From: a virus
Lineage: Duplodnaviria > Caudoviricetes
Reading direction: 5' to 3' (one strand)
Virus record (IMG/VR): IMGVR_UViG_3300046778_000114
Coordinates: 1 to 42,411 of that record
Length of the DNA stretch: 42,411 nt
The notes beneath the pieces are model-generated. The model saw nothing but the letters and a program-made list of their open reading frames with translations. It was not told the origin of the DNA and did no database searches. The translations under genes were made by a program, and so were the position numbers. How positions within the stretch are numbered: position 1 is the first letter of the stretch; each line of letters opens with the position of its first letter. This document shows, in pieces, positions 8,126 through 15,620 of this stretch.

Positions 8126-8632
8126 ATGACAACTAAGACAGTAATCATCTCCGGCCAATCATTTGAACTCGCATCACCCTACAATGAAGGCCATGTTCTT
8201 ACTGCAGCAGAAGCAAACGCAATGAACCAGCTTCGCCACGAGAACATTCGCAACAACGTTGCAAAAGCAGTTAAAGAAGCTTACGAGCTAGACACAGAAG
8301 AAGCGATCATCGCCGTTCTCGAGAAAGTCGCCGCTTACGATGCTGAGTACGCATTCCGTATCAGTGGAACAGGTGGCTCATCTACTCGCCTCGATCCAGT
8401 AGAACGCGAAGCTCGTGCAATTGCTAAAGCTGGGATCCTCAACCACCTACAAAAGAGCGGTCGCAACTTTAAGTCTGTTCCAGTCGATATGACTACAGAA
8501 GAGTGGGATGCAAAAATCGAGGCACAGATCAACATCCTTGCTACTTCCGATCAAGTGCTAGAAGCTGCACGTCAAGCAATTGTAGAGAAGAAAAATCGCC
8601 TTAATTCTCTTTCAGATGCACTTGTGCTCTAA
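8126..8632 (+). CDS. Alpha-helical hypothetical protein, probably abundant
   Basis: 168 aa; AAGGA RBS; own promoter; followed by stem-loops. Confidence 0.85.
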   Translation: MTTKTVIISGQSFELASPYNEGHVLTAAEANAMNQLRHENIRNNVAKAVKEAYELDTEEAIIAVLEKVAAYDAEYAFRISGTGGSSTRLDPVEREARAIAKAGILNHLQKSGRNFKSVPVDMTTEEWDAKIEAQINILATSDQVLEAARQAIVEKKNRLNSLSDALVL

Positions 8633-8640
8633 CCGTCCTT

Positions 8641-8696
8641 CACAAGGTTACCCCTTATCCTTGTGTGACTTACGCCGGATGGAACAGTAATCCGGC
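8641..8696 (+). terminator. Tandem stem-loops (terminator, attenuator or mRNA processing/stabilising site)
   Basis: CACAAGG/CCTTGTG (8641-8665) and GCCGGAT/ATCCGGC (8674-8696); no clear U-tract. Confidence 0.45.
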
Positions 8697-8729
8697 AACG
8701 ATTTCACCCCCTTAACGGAGCCCACTCTA

Positions 8730-9032
8730 ATGATCCTCACCCTCGTCGGCGTCAGCCACCTTACTCTTGAAGAAAAACTTTTAGTAAAAGATCTCGCAGA
8801 GCGCGATGAAGTATTCCTTCTTAGAGATCCAGAAAACGAGTACGACAGCAACGCGATTAAAGTTATCGACGCAGATAATAACCACCTTGGTTTCATCGCA
8901 AGTAAAGAAGCAAAAGAGCTAGCTCCTTTAATCGACGACGACGACGCTCGCAGCGATGAGACATACCGCGCCACAATCTTCTCCAAGCGCACCCCTCTAT
9001 CCGCACAAATAGAGTTTAATTACTTTGACTGA
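8730..9032 (+). CDS. Stand-alone HIRAN domain protein
   Basis: LLRDPENEYDSNAIKV...HLGFI is the HIRAN signature (L-x-REPxNxYDxNAIxV...LGY/F). Confidence 0.85.
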   Translation: MILTLVGVSHLTLEEKLLVKDLAERDEVFLLRDPENEYDSNAIKVIDADNNHLGFIASKEAKELAPLIDDDDARSDETYRATIFSKRTPLSAQIEFNYFD

Positions 9033-9237
9033 CCTCACAGAATTTCTTTACCGAGCGGCTTCAACTCCGCTCGGTATCATCGTAAAGACAGATGATGTTA
9101 CCAAACTCCGTTCTGCACTTTACTCCATCATCCGCGCAAGGCCAGCGGAGTTCGGTAACATCTCACTCGTACCTTCCCCAATAAACCTGAATGAACTTTT
9201 CCTAATCAGGAAGGAGCCCTCTAATGAAAGAGATTGA
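9025..9237 (+). CDS. Hypothetical protein
   Basis: 70 aa; TTG start; tightly packed in the operon. Confidence 0.7.
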   Translation: MTDLTEFLYRAASTPLGIIVKTDDVTKLRSALYSIIRARPAEFGNISLVPSPINLNELFLIRKEPSNERD

Positions 9238-9406
9238 GCCAATACAAAAACATACACTGAACCTTTACGAGGGCGACTTTGACTGTATTCAGCGAATGTT
9301 CCCACAACTCGGGGCAGCTAAAGTTATCCGCACCCTCGTGCGCCGCTACGTCAAAGAAAACAAGGATAAGAACACTCAACAGATAAACATAGAGGTAGAA
9401 ATCTAA
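9224..9406 (+). CDS. Putative ribbon-helix-helix DNA-binding protein
   Basis: Alternating beta-strand QKHTLNL followed by two helices ending AAKVIRTLVRRYV; 60 aa; AAGGAG RBS. Confidence 0.55.
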   Translation: MKEIEPIQKHTLNLYEGDFDCIQRMFPQLGAAKVIRTLVRRYVKENKDKNTQQINIEVEI

Positions 9407-9609
9407 TGGACATTGCCCAGATCTTTGCGACCGACCCTCTTAAACTTACCAAAGAAGATATTTCCTCCATCGTATGCGAAATGCGCAAACGCCGTGCTTC
9501 TTTTGTCCTCGGCAGCGTTACCGCAGGTAAAGTAAAAGCGCCTACCGAAAAACAAAAAGCAGTCTCTGCCCTTATCGAGAAAATTATCCCAGGAGGGTTA
9601 GACCTTTGA
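9406..9609 (+). CDS. Hypothetical protein
   Basis: 67 aa; TAATG coupling; GAGG RBS. Confidence 0.75.
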   Translation: MDIAQIFATDPLKLTKEDISSIVCEMRKRRASFVLGSVTAGKVKAPTEKQKAVSALIEKIIPGGLDL

Positions 9610-10568
9610 CCCAAGTTAGCAAATCCTTCACCACCTCCGGTCAGTTCTGTTGGGACTCAACCTCCCTATCCCTTGCCGCCACTTGCCCTCGCAAATACTA
9701 CTACAAGCTTATCGAGGGTTGGCAACCCGACCGCAGGTCAGTCCACCTCGAGTTCGGCAGCCACTACGCAACCGCGCTTGAGCATTACTTCAAACATCTC
9801 GCCGCAGGACTTTCCTCCGACGATGCCCTGATCGAGATCGTTAAGGAAGCCCTTATTGCTACGTGGGAGTACGACCTCGACGAAGAAGATAATCCTATCC
9901 CTGATACAGGCGCACCTTGGGAGTCCATGCACAATCTTAAAACTCGCGAGACCCTTATCCGCACTATCGTTTGGTACTTCGATCATTTCCGAGACGACCC
10001 CACCTCAGTGATCATGCTCGCCAACGGAGTACCAGGTGTCGAGTACACGTTCAAACTACCAGTTGACAACGACCTTATTTTCTCCGGCCACATCGACCGC
10101 CTCGTATCTTACTCCGACGATCCCTACATCATGGATCAGAAAACAACAGGCACAACAATCTCTGCCCGTTTCTTTTCTGAGTTTGACCTATCCCTTCAGA
10201 TGTCAATGTACACCTTCGCCGGCAAGATTATCTACAACCTCCCCGTGAAGGGCGCAATCATTGACGGGGCACAGATAGCCGTTGGCTTCAGTCGTTTTGA
10301 GCGCGGTTTCACTTTCCGCTCCGAGCCACAGCTTGAAGAGTGGTACGAGGAAATGCAAGGCATCGCCGCAGGTGCACGAAAAAACTTTGTCCAGTGGCAA
10401 GACTCTGCAAATACCGAACGTGCCTTCCCCCGTAATCTCACTGCTTGCGGTAACTACGGCGGCTGTGAGTTCCGCGAGATCTGTTCCAAGCCCAAGCAGT
10501 TCCGCGATCAATTTCTCCGAGGCTCATTTACAAGGAAAACTCCATGGGATCCGATGAACAACAGGTAA
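9606..10568 (+). CDS. PD-(D/E)XK exonuclease, RecB/Cas4-like, with probable Fe-S cysteines
   Basis: CPRKYYY, FGSHYA, GVEY, SGHIDR, MDQKTT, QMSMY and C-terminal ACGNYGGCEFREIC. Confidence 0.88.
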   Translation: MTQVSKSFTTSGQFCWDSTSLSLAATCPRKYYYKLIEGWQPDRRSVHLEFGSHYATALEHYFKHLAAGLSSDDALIEIVKEALIATWEYDLDEEDNPIPDTGAPWESMHNLKTRETLIRTIVWYFDHFRDDPTSVIMLANGVPGVEYTFKLPVDNDLIFSGHIDRLVSYSDDPYIMDQKTTGTTISARFFSEFDLSLQMSMYTFAGKIIYNLPVKGAIIDGAQIAVGFSRFERGFTFRSEPQLEEWYEEMQGIAAGARKNFVQWQDSANTERAFPRNLTACGNYGGCEFREICSKPKQFRDQFLRGSFTRKTPWDPMNNR

Positions 10569-10732
10569 CTTACTACATAATGTACAGAACAAAAGAGGGG
10601 CGCTATGACGCCCTACCTTGGACAAGACATCTTCCTTTCCTTTTGTCGTGTCCAGAAAATTACGACCTTCCTTCTTCCGTTAAAATAGTTTTCGTTGCAG
10701 AAAACCTAACCCAACTTTACATAATGAATTAA
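10544..10732 (+). CDS. Hypothetical protein
   Basis: 62-aa ORF filling the gap; AAGGA RBS. Confidence 0.5.
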   Translation: MGSDEQQVTYYIMYRTKEGRYDALPWTRHLPFLLSCPENYDLPSSVKIVFVAENLTQLYIMN

Positions 10733-10743
10733 GGAAAAATAAA

Positions 10744-11529
10744 ATGGCCAGTCTCGCAGACCATCACGGATCAAAGTTTGTAAAGCTTGCCTTCATCGGC
10801 GACAGTGGAACAGGAAAGACCGGCGCACTTGTCTCCCTTCTCAAGGCGGGATACAAACTTAAGATCCTCGACCTCGATAACGGCCTCGACGCCTTGCGTG
10901 AGTGGGCAAAAGTTGAATGCCCAGACAAACTCGCCAACGTCGATTACGAAACCCGCCGCGACAAGTACAAAGTCTCTGGTTCCCAGGGTCTGATCCTTGA
11001 TGGTCAGCCTAAAGCCTTCACCGACTCCCTTAAGCTAATGGAAAAATGGACTGACGAAACCAAGCCTAGTGAGTGGGGGGAAGAAACTATCTTCGTTATC
11101 GACTCCTTAACCGCTTACGGCAAGGCCGCTTTCGAGTGGGCAAAGGGGATGAACTCCTCGGCAAAAGATCCTCGCCAGTGGTTCTATTCCGCACAGCAAG
11201 CAATAGAGGATACAGTTGCGTTACTAACTGGGGAAGCGTTTAAAACAAACGTAATCATAATCTCACACGTCACTTACGACGAGTGGGCAGACGGTACAAC
11301 CAAAGGTACGATGTCAGCAGTTGGTAAAGCCCTCGGCCCAAAGCTCGCTAAGTACCTCAACACCCTTGTGCTAGCAGAGAAAACCGGCACCGGTTCCCTC
11401 GTCAAGCGGGTCATCCGCACCGCCCCTACCTCAGTAATTGATCTTAAAACTCCCGGCCCAGGTTTCCATGTTACCCTTCCCCTCGGAACTGGACTCGCGG
11501 AGATTTTTAAAAAGCTTAAGACGGCGTAA
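10744..11529 (+). CDS. AAA_24 / Sak4-like ATPase (putative single-strand annealing recombinase)
   Basis: GDSGTGKT, ILDLDNG, FVIDSLT, IIISHV; located between an exonuclease and an SSB-like gene. Confidence 0.8.
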   Translation: MASLADHHGSKFVKLAFIGDSGTGKTGALVSLLKAGYKLKILDLDNGLDALREWAKVECPDKLANVDYETRRDKYKVSGSQGLILDGQPKAFTDSLKLMEKWTDETKPSEWGEETIFVIDSLTAYGKAAFEWAKGMNSSAKDPRQWFYSAQQAIEDTVALLTGEAFKTNVIIISHVTYDEWADGTTKGTMSAVGKALGPKLAKYLNTLVLAEKTGTGSLVKRVIRTAPTSVIDLKTPGPGFHVTLPLGTGLAEIFKKLKTA

Positions 11530-11586
11530 CGTACTCGTCTAAGAGGTGAGCCGAGCACCTTCCTCGGTATTTAATGGAGAACTTAA

Positions 11587-12054
11587 ATGGTAAATTTTGC
11601 TGCGATCGCAAACAAGAAACTAGCAGATGTTGAACGCCCACCTATCCCACCACTTGGCATGTACCGCTTCACTATAACAAAGCCAGCGCAGATTGAAGAG
11701 ATTGCAAACGGCGCGTACACAAACATAACACTGATTTGTAAAGCGCTAGAAGCATACGAGAACGTTGACACAGATGAACTCGCTACATTTGGAGGAGTTT
11801 CTAACGTAGTTTCTTCAGTAAAGTTTCTTTACGATAATAACGATGCAAACAAGGGGGCGCAAATTGAGTTCCGTATTCGCCAGTTTCTTGAGAAACATTG
11901 TGCGATTGAAGGCGTTGCAGCCATGACGATTGGCGAAGGACTGGCTAAAGCAGTTAACTGTCAATTCGACGGCGAGATCAAGCACCGTGCTGATAAGAAC
12001 GATCCGGAAGTAAAGTATGCCGAGATCCAAAGAACAGCGCCCATTCGTGAATAG
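11587..12054 (+). CDS. Putative ssDNA-binding protein (DUF669-like OB fold)
   Basis: PIPPLGMYRFTITK N-terminal motif and C-terminal KH...YAEI; follows the Sak4-like gene. Confidence 0.65.
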   Translation: MVNFAAIANKKLADVERPPIPPLGMYRFTITKPAQIEEIANGAYTNITLICKALEAYENVDTDELATFGGVSNVVSSVKFLYDNNDANKGAQIEFRIRQFLEKHCAIEGVAAMTIGEGLAKAVNCQFDGEIKHRADKNDPEVKYAEIQRTAPIRE

Positions 12055-12130
12055 AGTCCTCCCGAGAGGACTCTAAAGGCAGGCCAGGGGAGCGGACCCC
12101 ATTCGATGGTTGAACCAATTCCCTGGTCTT
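12052..12130 (+). terminator. Tandem stem-loops, probable terminator or processing site
   Basis: Perfect 10-bp stem TAGAGTCCTC-CCGA-GAGGACTCTA (12052-12075), then AGGCCAGGG...CCCTGGTCT followed by TAATTTTT. Confidence 0.6.
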
Positions 12131-12152
12131 AATTTTTCTCAAGGAGAATGTA

Positions 12153-12344
12153 ATGAAATCTAGCTATCTTATCTGGTCAATTCGCTTAGGTGCGTGGTTA
12201 TCAGCATCCGGCGGAACTTCCGACTGGAAACTCGCACGAAAGTTTGAGGAAGCAGCTGCCATCACCTTTTGCTCTTCCCAGTCTGATCCAGACGGAAACC
12301 TTTCCGCTTTCCCTGTCCCTCTTTATTTAATCGAAAGCCTTTAA
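12153..12344 (+). CDS. Hypothetical protein
   Basis: 63 aa; AAGGAG RBS. Confidence 0.7.
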   Translation: MKSSYLIWSIRLGAWLSASGGTSDWKLARKFEEAAAITFCSSQSDPDGNLSAFPVPLYLIESL

Positions 12345-12346
12345 GC

Positions 12347-13582
12347 ATGATCACCGCTGGCCAGCCTTTAGCTATTTCCTCCATCACCATCGATCGCGAG
12401 AACCGTCAGCGCCGTGAGCTAACTGACATCCCAGACCTCGCCGCTTCGATCGCGCGTTACGGCCTGTTTCACCCTATCGTAGTAGATCGGGAAGGCAACC
12501 TCGTAGCAGGTGAACGCCGATTAACCGCCGTCACCTCCCTTGGCTGGTCACATATCGAGGTGCGGTACGTTGACGAACTCGAACCCGAAGATCTGCACAT
12601 GATCGAGCTGGAAGAAAACATCAAACGCAAGAACCTTACATGGCAGGAAGAAGCAACCGCTGTTGGAAAGTACCACGATCTAAAACAAAAGCAAGAACCT
12701 GGCTGGACTAAAGAAGCAACCGCGCAGGAACTTAATGTATCAAGCTCTTTAATTTCCAAGAAGCTCGATCTCGCGAAAGAGATCGAAAAAGGAAATGAAA
12801 AGATTATAGCGCAGCCGCAAATGAAAACTGCCCTAAACGTTCTCCATAGAAGTAAAGAACGAGAGAGAAACTCTATTCTTTCTTCTCTTGCAGGTACTAA
12901 TAAAGATGCGCCTGTAGTCCCACTTCTAAACACGGACTTCAACGAGTGGGCGCAATCTTACACAGGCAATAAGTTCAACCTTATTCATTGCGATTTTCCT
13001 TACGGTATCAACGCAGATGGACAGAAGCAGGGCAGTAACATTGATAACTACGGCGGGTATGCGGACGGGAAAGAAGTTTACTTCACCCTCCTTAAAACCC
13101 TCAAGACCGCTATGTCAAACGTAGTAGCAGACTCCGCTCACCTTATCTTCTGGTTTTCAATGGACTACTACCGAATTACTTTATCTCTCCTTACTGAAAT
13201 GGGCTGGAAGGTTAACCCGTTCCCCCTCATCTGGCACAAGTCCGACAACACAGGACTACTCCCCGATCCAAAACGAGGACCTCGCCGAATTTACGAGACA
13301 GCTTTCTTTGCCTCACGCGGAGATCGTCTAGTAGTTCAAGCCGTCTCCAACGTCTTTTCTCACCCAGGTAAAGATAAGGAAATTCACATGAGTGAAAAGC
13401 CAGTGCCAATGCTCAAGCACTTCTTTCGTATGGTGTGCGATGCAAACAGCGTGATGCTAGATCCGACCGCCGGCAGTGCTAACTCACTCAAAGCCGCCAA
13501 AAGCCTGAACGCTAACTACGTTCTCGGACTAGAAAAGAGTGAAGAGTTCTATAAACGTTCTTGTGAAGCATGGGAGAAATAA
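12347..13582 (+). CDS. ParB-N/HTH fused to a beta-class N6-adenine/N4-cytosine DNA methyltransferase
   Basis: ParB box (SIARYGLFHPIVV, LVAGERRL, ELEENIKRKNL), HTH (WTKEATAQELNVSSSLIS), catalytic DFPY, HMSEKP, SAM motif LDPTAGS. Confidence 0.85.
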   Translation: MITAGQPLAISSITIDRENRQRRELTDIPDLAASIARYGLFHPIVVDREGNLVAGERRLTAVTSLGWSHIEVRYVDELEPEDLHMIELEENIKRKNLTWQEEATAVGKYHDLKQKQEPGWTKEATAQELNVSSSLISKKLDLAKEIEKGNEKIIAQPQMKTALNVLHRSKERERNSILSSLAGTNKDAPVVPLLNTDFNEWAQSYTGNKFNLIHCDFPYGINADGQKQGSNIDNYGGYADGKEVYFTLLKTLKTAMSNVVADSAHLIFWFSMDYYRITLSLLTEMGWKVNPFPLIWHKSDNTGLLPDPKRGPRRIYETAFFASRGDRLVVQAVSNVFSHPGKDKEIHMSEKPVPMLKHFFRMVCDANSVMLDPTAGSANSLKAAKSLNANYVLGLEKSEEFYKRSCEAWEK

Positions 13583-13601
13583 GATGACGGAGGAGGTAGA
13601 A

Positions 13602-13997
13602 ATGGCTAGAAGCATCGAAAATCATATTAAAAGACAAATAGAAGCAGAAAAAAATAAAAGCGGCGACTGGAAAGACTTACCAGCGGATGCCTCGATACCA
13701 GCAGAGAAAGAATTGTTTACCGAGAGGAAGGAGGTACTTAAGGTATTAGGCAAACAACTTTTACCGCAACCGGCTACTACAAAACACGATCAAGTTGAGT
13801 GCCCCGTTCACTACAATTCTCACCCTAGTGGCATTGAATGCATAGAGATAACGCGGCACATGAACTTCAATCTCGGCAACGCTATCAAGTACATCTGGCG
13901 GGCGGATAGTAAAGGGGCTGCGTTAGTTGATTTAGAAAAAGCTGCATTTTATATTCGGGACGAGATATCAAGAAGGAAGAACCAAATTGCAGAATAA
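13602..13997 (+). CDS. DUF3310 protein (related to T7 gp1.7 nucleotide kinase / SaV)
   Basis: DQVECPVHY...IECIEI...FNLGNAIKYIWRA..KG...DLEKAAFY; GGAGG RBS before 13602. Confidence 0.85.
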   Translation: MARSIENHIKRQIEAEKNKSGDWKDLPADASIPAEKELFTERKEVLKVLGKQLLPQPATTKHDQVECPVHYNSHPSGIECIEITRHMNFNLGNAIKYIWRADSKGAALVDLEKAAFYIRDEISRRKNQIAE

Positions 13998-14994
13998 AAT
14001 CTTAATCTGCGGTGAAGCCTTCGGGCGACAAGAGGAAGAAGCCGGCCAGCCTTTCGTGGGGGCTGCCGGTTTTCTCTTATCTCAAGTCCTTGCACAAAAC
14101 GGGATTGAGAAAAAAGATTGCTACCTCACAAACGTGTTTAACTTCCACCTAGCTGGTGGGGATATTAAAAGCATTACTGTATCAGATAAACGCGCAGCTA
14201 TAGTCGGTATACCTAAGCACCCCTCGGGCTGGATAAGTAACGAGTACACCCACGAACTAACCCGCCTCAAGAAAGAGATCGCCACGATCAAGCCCAACCT
14301 GATCCTTGCTCTCGGCGGCACAGCTTCTTGGTTCTTCCTCCAAGACTCCCGGATTTCAAAAGTCCGAGGGGCGTCTGTGCAAACAGAGTTCGGCAAGGTA
14401 CTTTGCTCCTATCATCCGGCAGCGGTTCTGCGCGATTACTCTTTGCGCCCGATCCTTACCGCCGACTGTGCTAAAGCAGCAAGGGAACAGGAGTATCCAG
14501 ACGTTCGCCGCCTCCGGCGCTTCGTTCACATCGAGCCGTCTTTGTCCGACATCCTTTCTTTCCACGAAACTTTTATCGAGCCTTCCCTCGTCCTATCCAC
14601 CGACATCGAGACTATAAGTAATCAGATAACTTGCATCGGGCTTGCGCCTACCAAGGATCGCGCCATTGTAATTCCCTTCTACGACCCTACAAAACCAGGG
14701 GGAAACTATTGGTCGACACTCGAGGAAGAACTTAAGGTTTGGGATTACCTCAGGAAACTCTTTCGCTCCCCGCGCATAAACGTAGGACAAAACTTTATGT
14801 ACGATGCAGGTTTCTTGTGGCGTTCATACGGCATTCCAGTTCACGGAATGATTAACGGTGATGACACAATGCTAATGCACCACGCGCTTCAGCCGGAACT
14901 ACAAAAAGGCCTCGCTTTTCTCGGCAGCATATACACTGACGAAGCGGCATGGAAAATGGAGCGGAAAAATACATCAGTTAAAAAGGAGGACTGA
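13987..14994 (+). CDS. Family-4-like uracil-DNA glycosylase fused to the N-terminal part (ExoI, ExoII) of a PolA 3'-5' exonuclease
   Basis: GEAFG, PFVGAAG, YLTNV, LALGGTA, YHPAAVLR; then STDIET (ExoI), GQNFMYD (ExoII), DDTMLMHH. Confidence 0.88.
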   Translation: MQNKILICGEAFGRQEEEAGQPFVGAAGFLLSQVLAQNGIEKKDCYLTNVFNFHLAGGDIKSITVSDKRAAIVGIPKHPSGWISNEYTHELTRLKKEIATIKPNLILALGGTASWFFLQDSRISKVRGASVQTEFGKVLCSYHPAAVLRDYSLRPILTADCAKAAREQEYPDVRRLRRFVHIEPSLSDILSFHETFIEPSLVLSTDIETISNQITCIGLAPTKDRAIVIPFYDPTKPGGNYWSTLEEELKVWDYLRKLFRSPRINVGQNFMYDAGFLWRSYGIPVHGMINGDDTMLMHHALQPELQKGLAFLGSIYTDEAAWKMERKNTSVKKED

Positions 14995-14995
14995 G

Positions 14996-15136
14996 ATGCA
15001 AGAGCAATGGAGCGATTGGCAACCTGTAAAAGGTTTTTGGAGGTTGTTCGGTTGGAAGTCCCGCCGATCGTTTGCCTGTAGAAACGTTTCTGATTTAGTC
15101 ATTTATTACGAGTACTCAAAAGAAAGGAAGCACTGA
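14996..15136 (+). CDS. 46-aa Trp-rich hypothetical protein
   Basis: Hand translation MQEQWSDWQPVKGFWRLFGWKSRRSFACRNVSDLVIYYEYSKERKH; GGAGG RBS. Confidence 0.6.
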   Translation: MQEQWSDWQPVKGFWRLFGWKSRRSFACRNVSDLVIYYEYSKERKH

Positions 15137-15138
15137 CA

Positions 15139-15285
15139 ATGGAAGTACATGAAACAGCTACAGATCATTTTTTACAAAGTAATGAAGTCAATCGAGAACG
15201 GGAATTGCATACGCTTTTAATACAGGAAAGAAAAGAACTCAATGAAAAATATCTCGCTATAATAGAAAATCTTTCAAAAGGATGA
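15139..15285 (+). CDS. 48-aa coiled-coil-like hypothetical protein
   Basis: MEVHETATDHF...IIENLSKG; AAGGA RBS; ATGA overlap with the next gene. Confidence 0.6.
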   Translation: MEVHETATDHFLQSNEVNRERELHTLLIQERKELNEKYLAIIENLSKG

Positions 15286-15620
15286 AGAAGATGATCTACC
15301 TCGCTTCCCCCTACTCACACGAAAACTCTATCATACGGGAACTCCGCTACCACCAAGTTTTGCTCCACTGCGAGACCCGAATGAAGGAGGGCAAATCGAT
15401 ATTCTCCCCGATCGTGTACGGCCATCAGTTCGCTGTAAACTTTGACTTCCCTTATGCTGCAAAGACCTGGGAGTTCTTCAATTTCGAGATGCTTGGTGCC
15501 GCTAATAAAGTTGAGGTGCTTTTGCTAGATGGATGGGACGAGTCCCTTGGTGTTGAAACAGAGATAGATTGGGCTCAAAGGTTCGGTAAACCCCTCACTT
15601 ACGTTGAGTTTAACAAATGA
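15282..15620 (+). CDS. DUF1937 protein (nucleoside 2-deoxyribosyltransferase-like fold)
   Basis: IYLASPYSH, FSPIVYGH, LDGWDESLGVETEI...A...GKP. Confidence 0.8.
   Translation: MKKMIYLASPYSHENSIIRELRYHQVLLHCETRMKEGKSIFSPIVYGHQFAVNFDFPYAAKTWEFFNFEMLGAANKVEVLLLDGWDESLGVETEIDWAQRFGKPLTYVEFNK

Noticed and set aside
9606-10568. Cas4-like nuclease as evidence for a CRISPR-Cas system
   Set aside because: No repeat-spacer array or other cas genes are visible; its context is a phage recombination cassette.
8641-12130. Intergenic stem-loops (8641-8696, 12052-12130) as tRNA genes
   Set aside because: They cannot be folded into a cloverleaf with a proper T-arm and acceptor stem.
12347-12800. ParB domain as evidence for a plasmid-prophage partition system
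   Set aside because: It is fused to a methyltransferase, and there is no ParA, Rep or immunity module.
14995-15616. Intron or split intein joining the two polymerase halves
   Set aside because: The interval is filled by three tightly packed ORFs, with no homing endonuclease and no intein terminal residues (N-terminal Cys/Ser block or His-Asn). Splicing is not formally excluded without RT-PCR.
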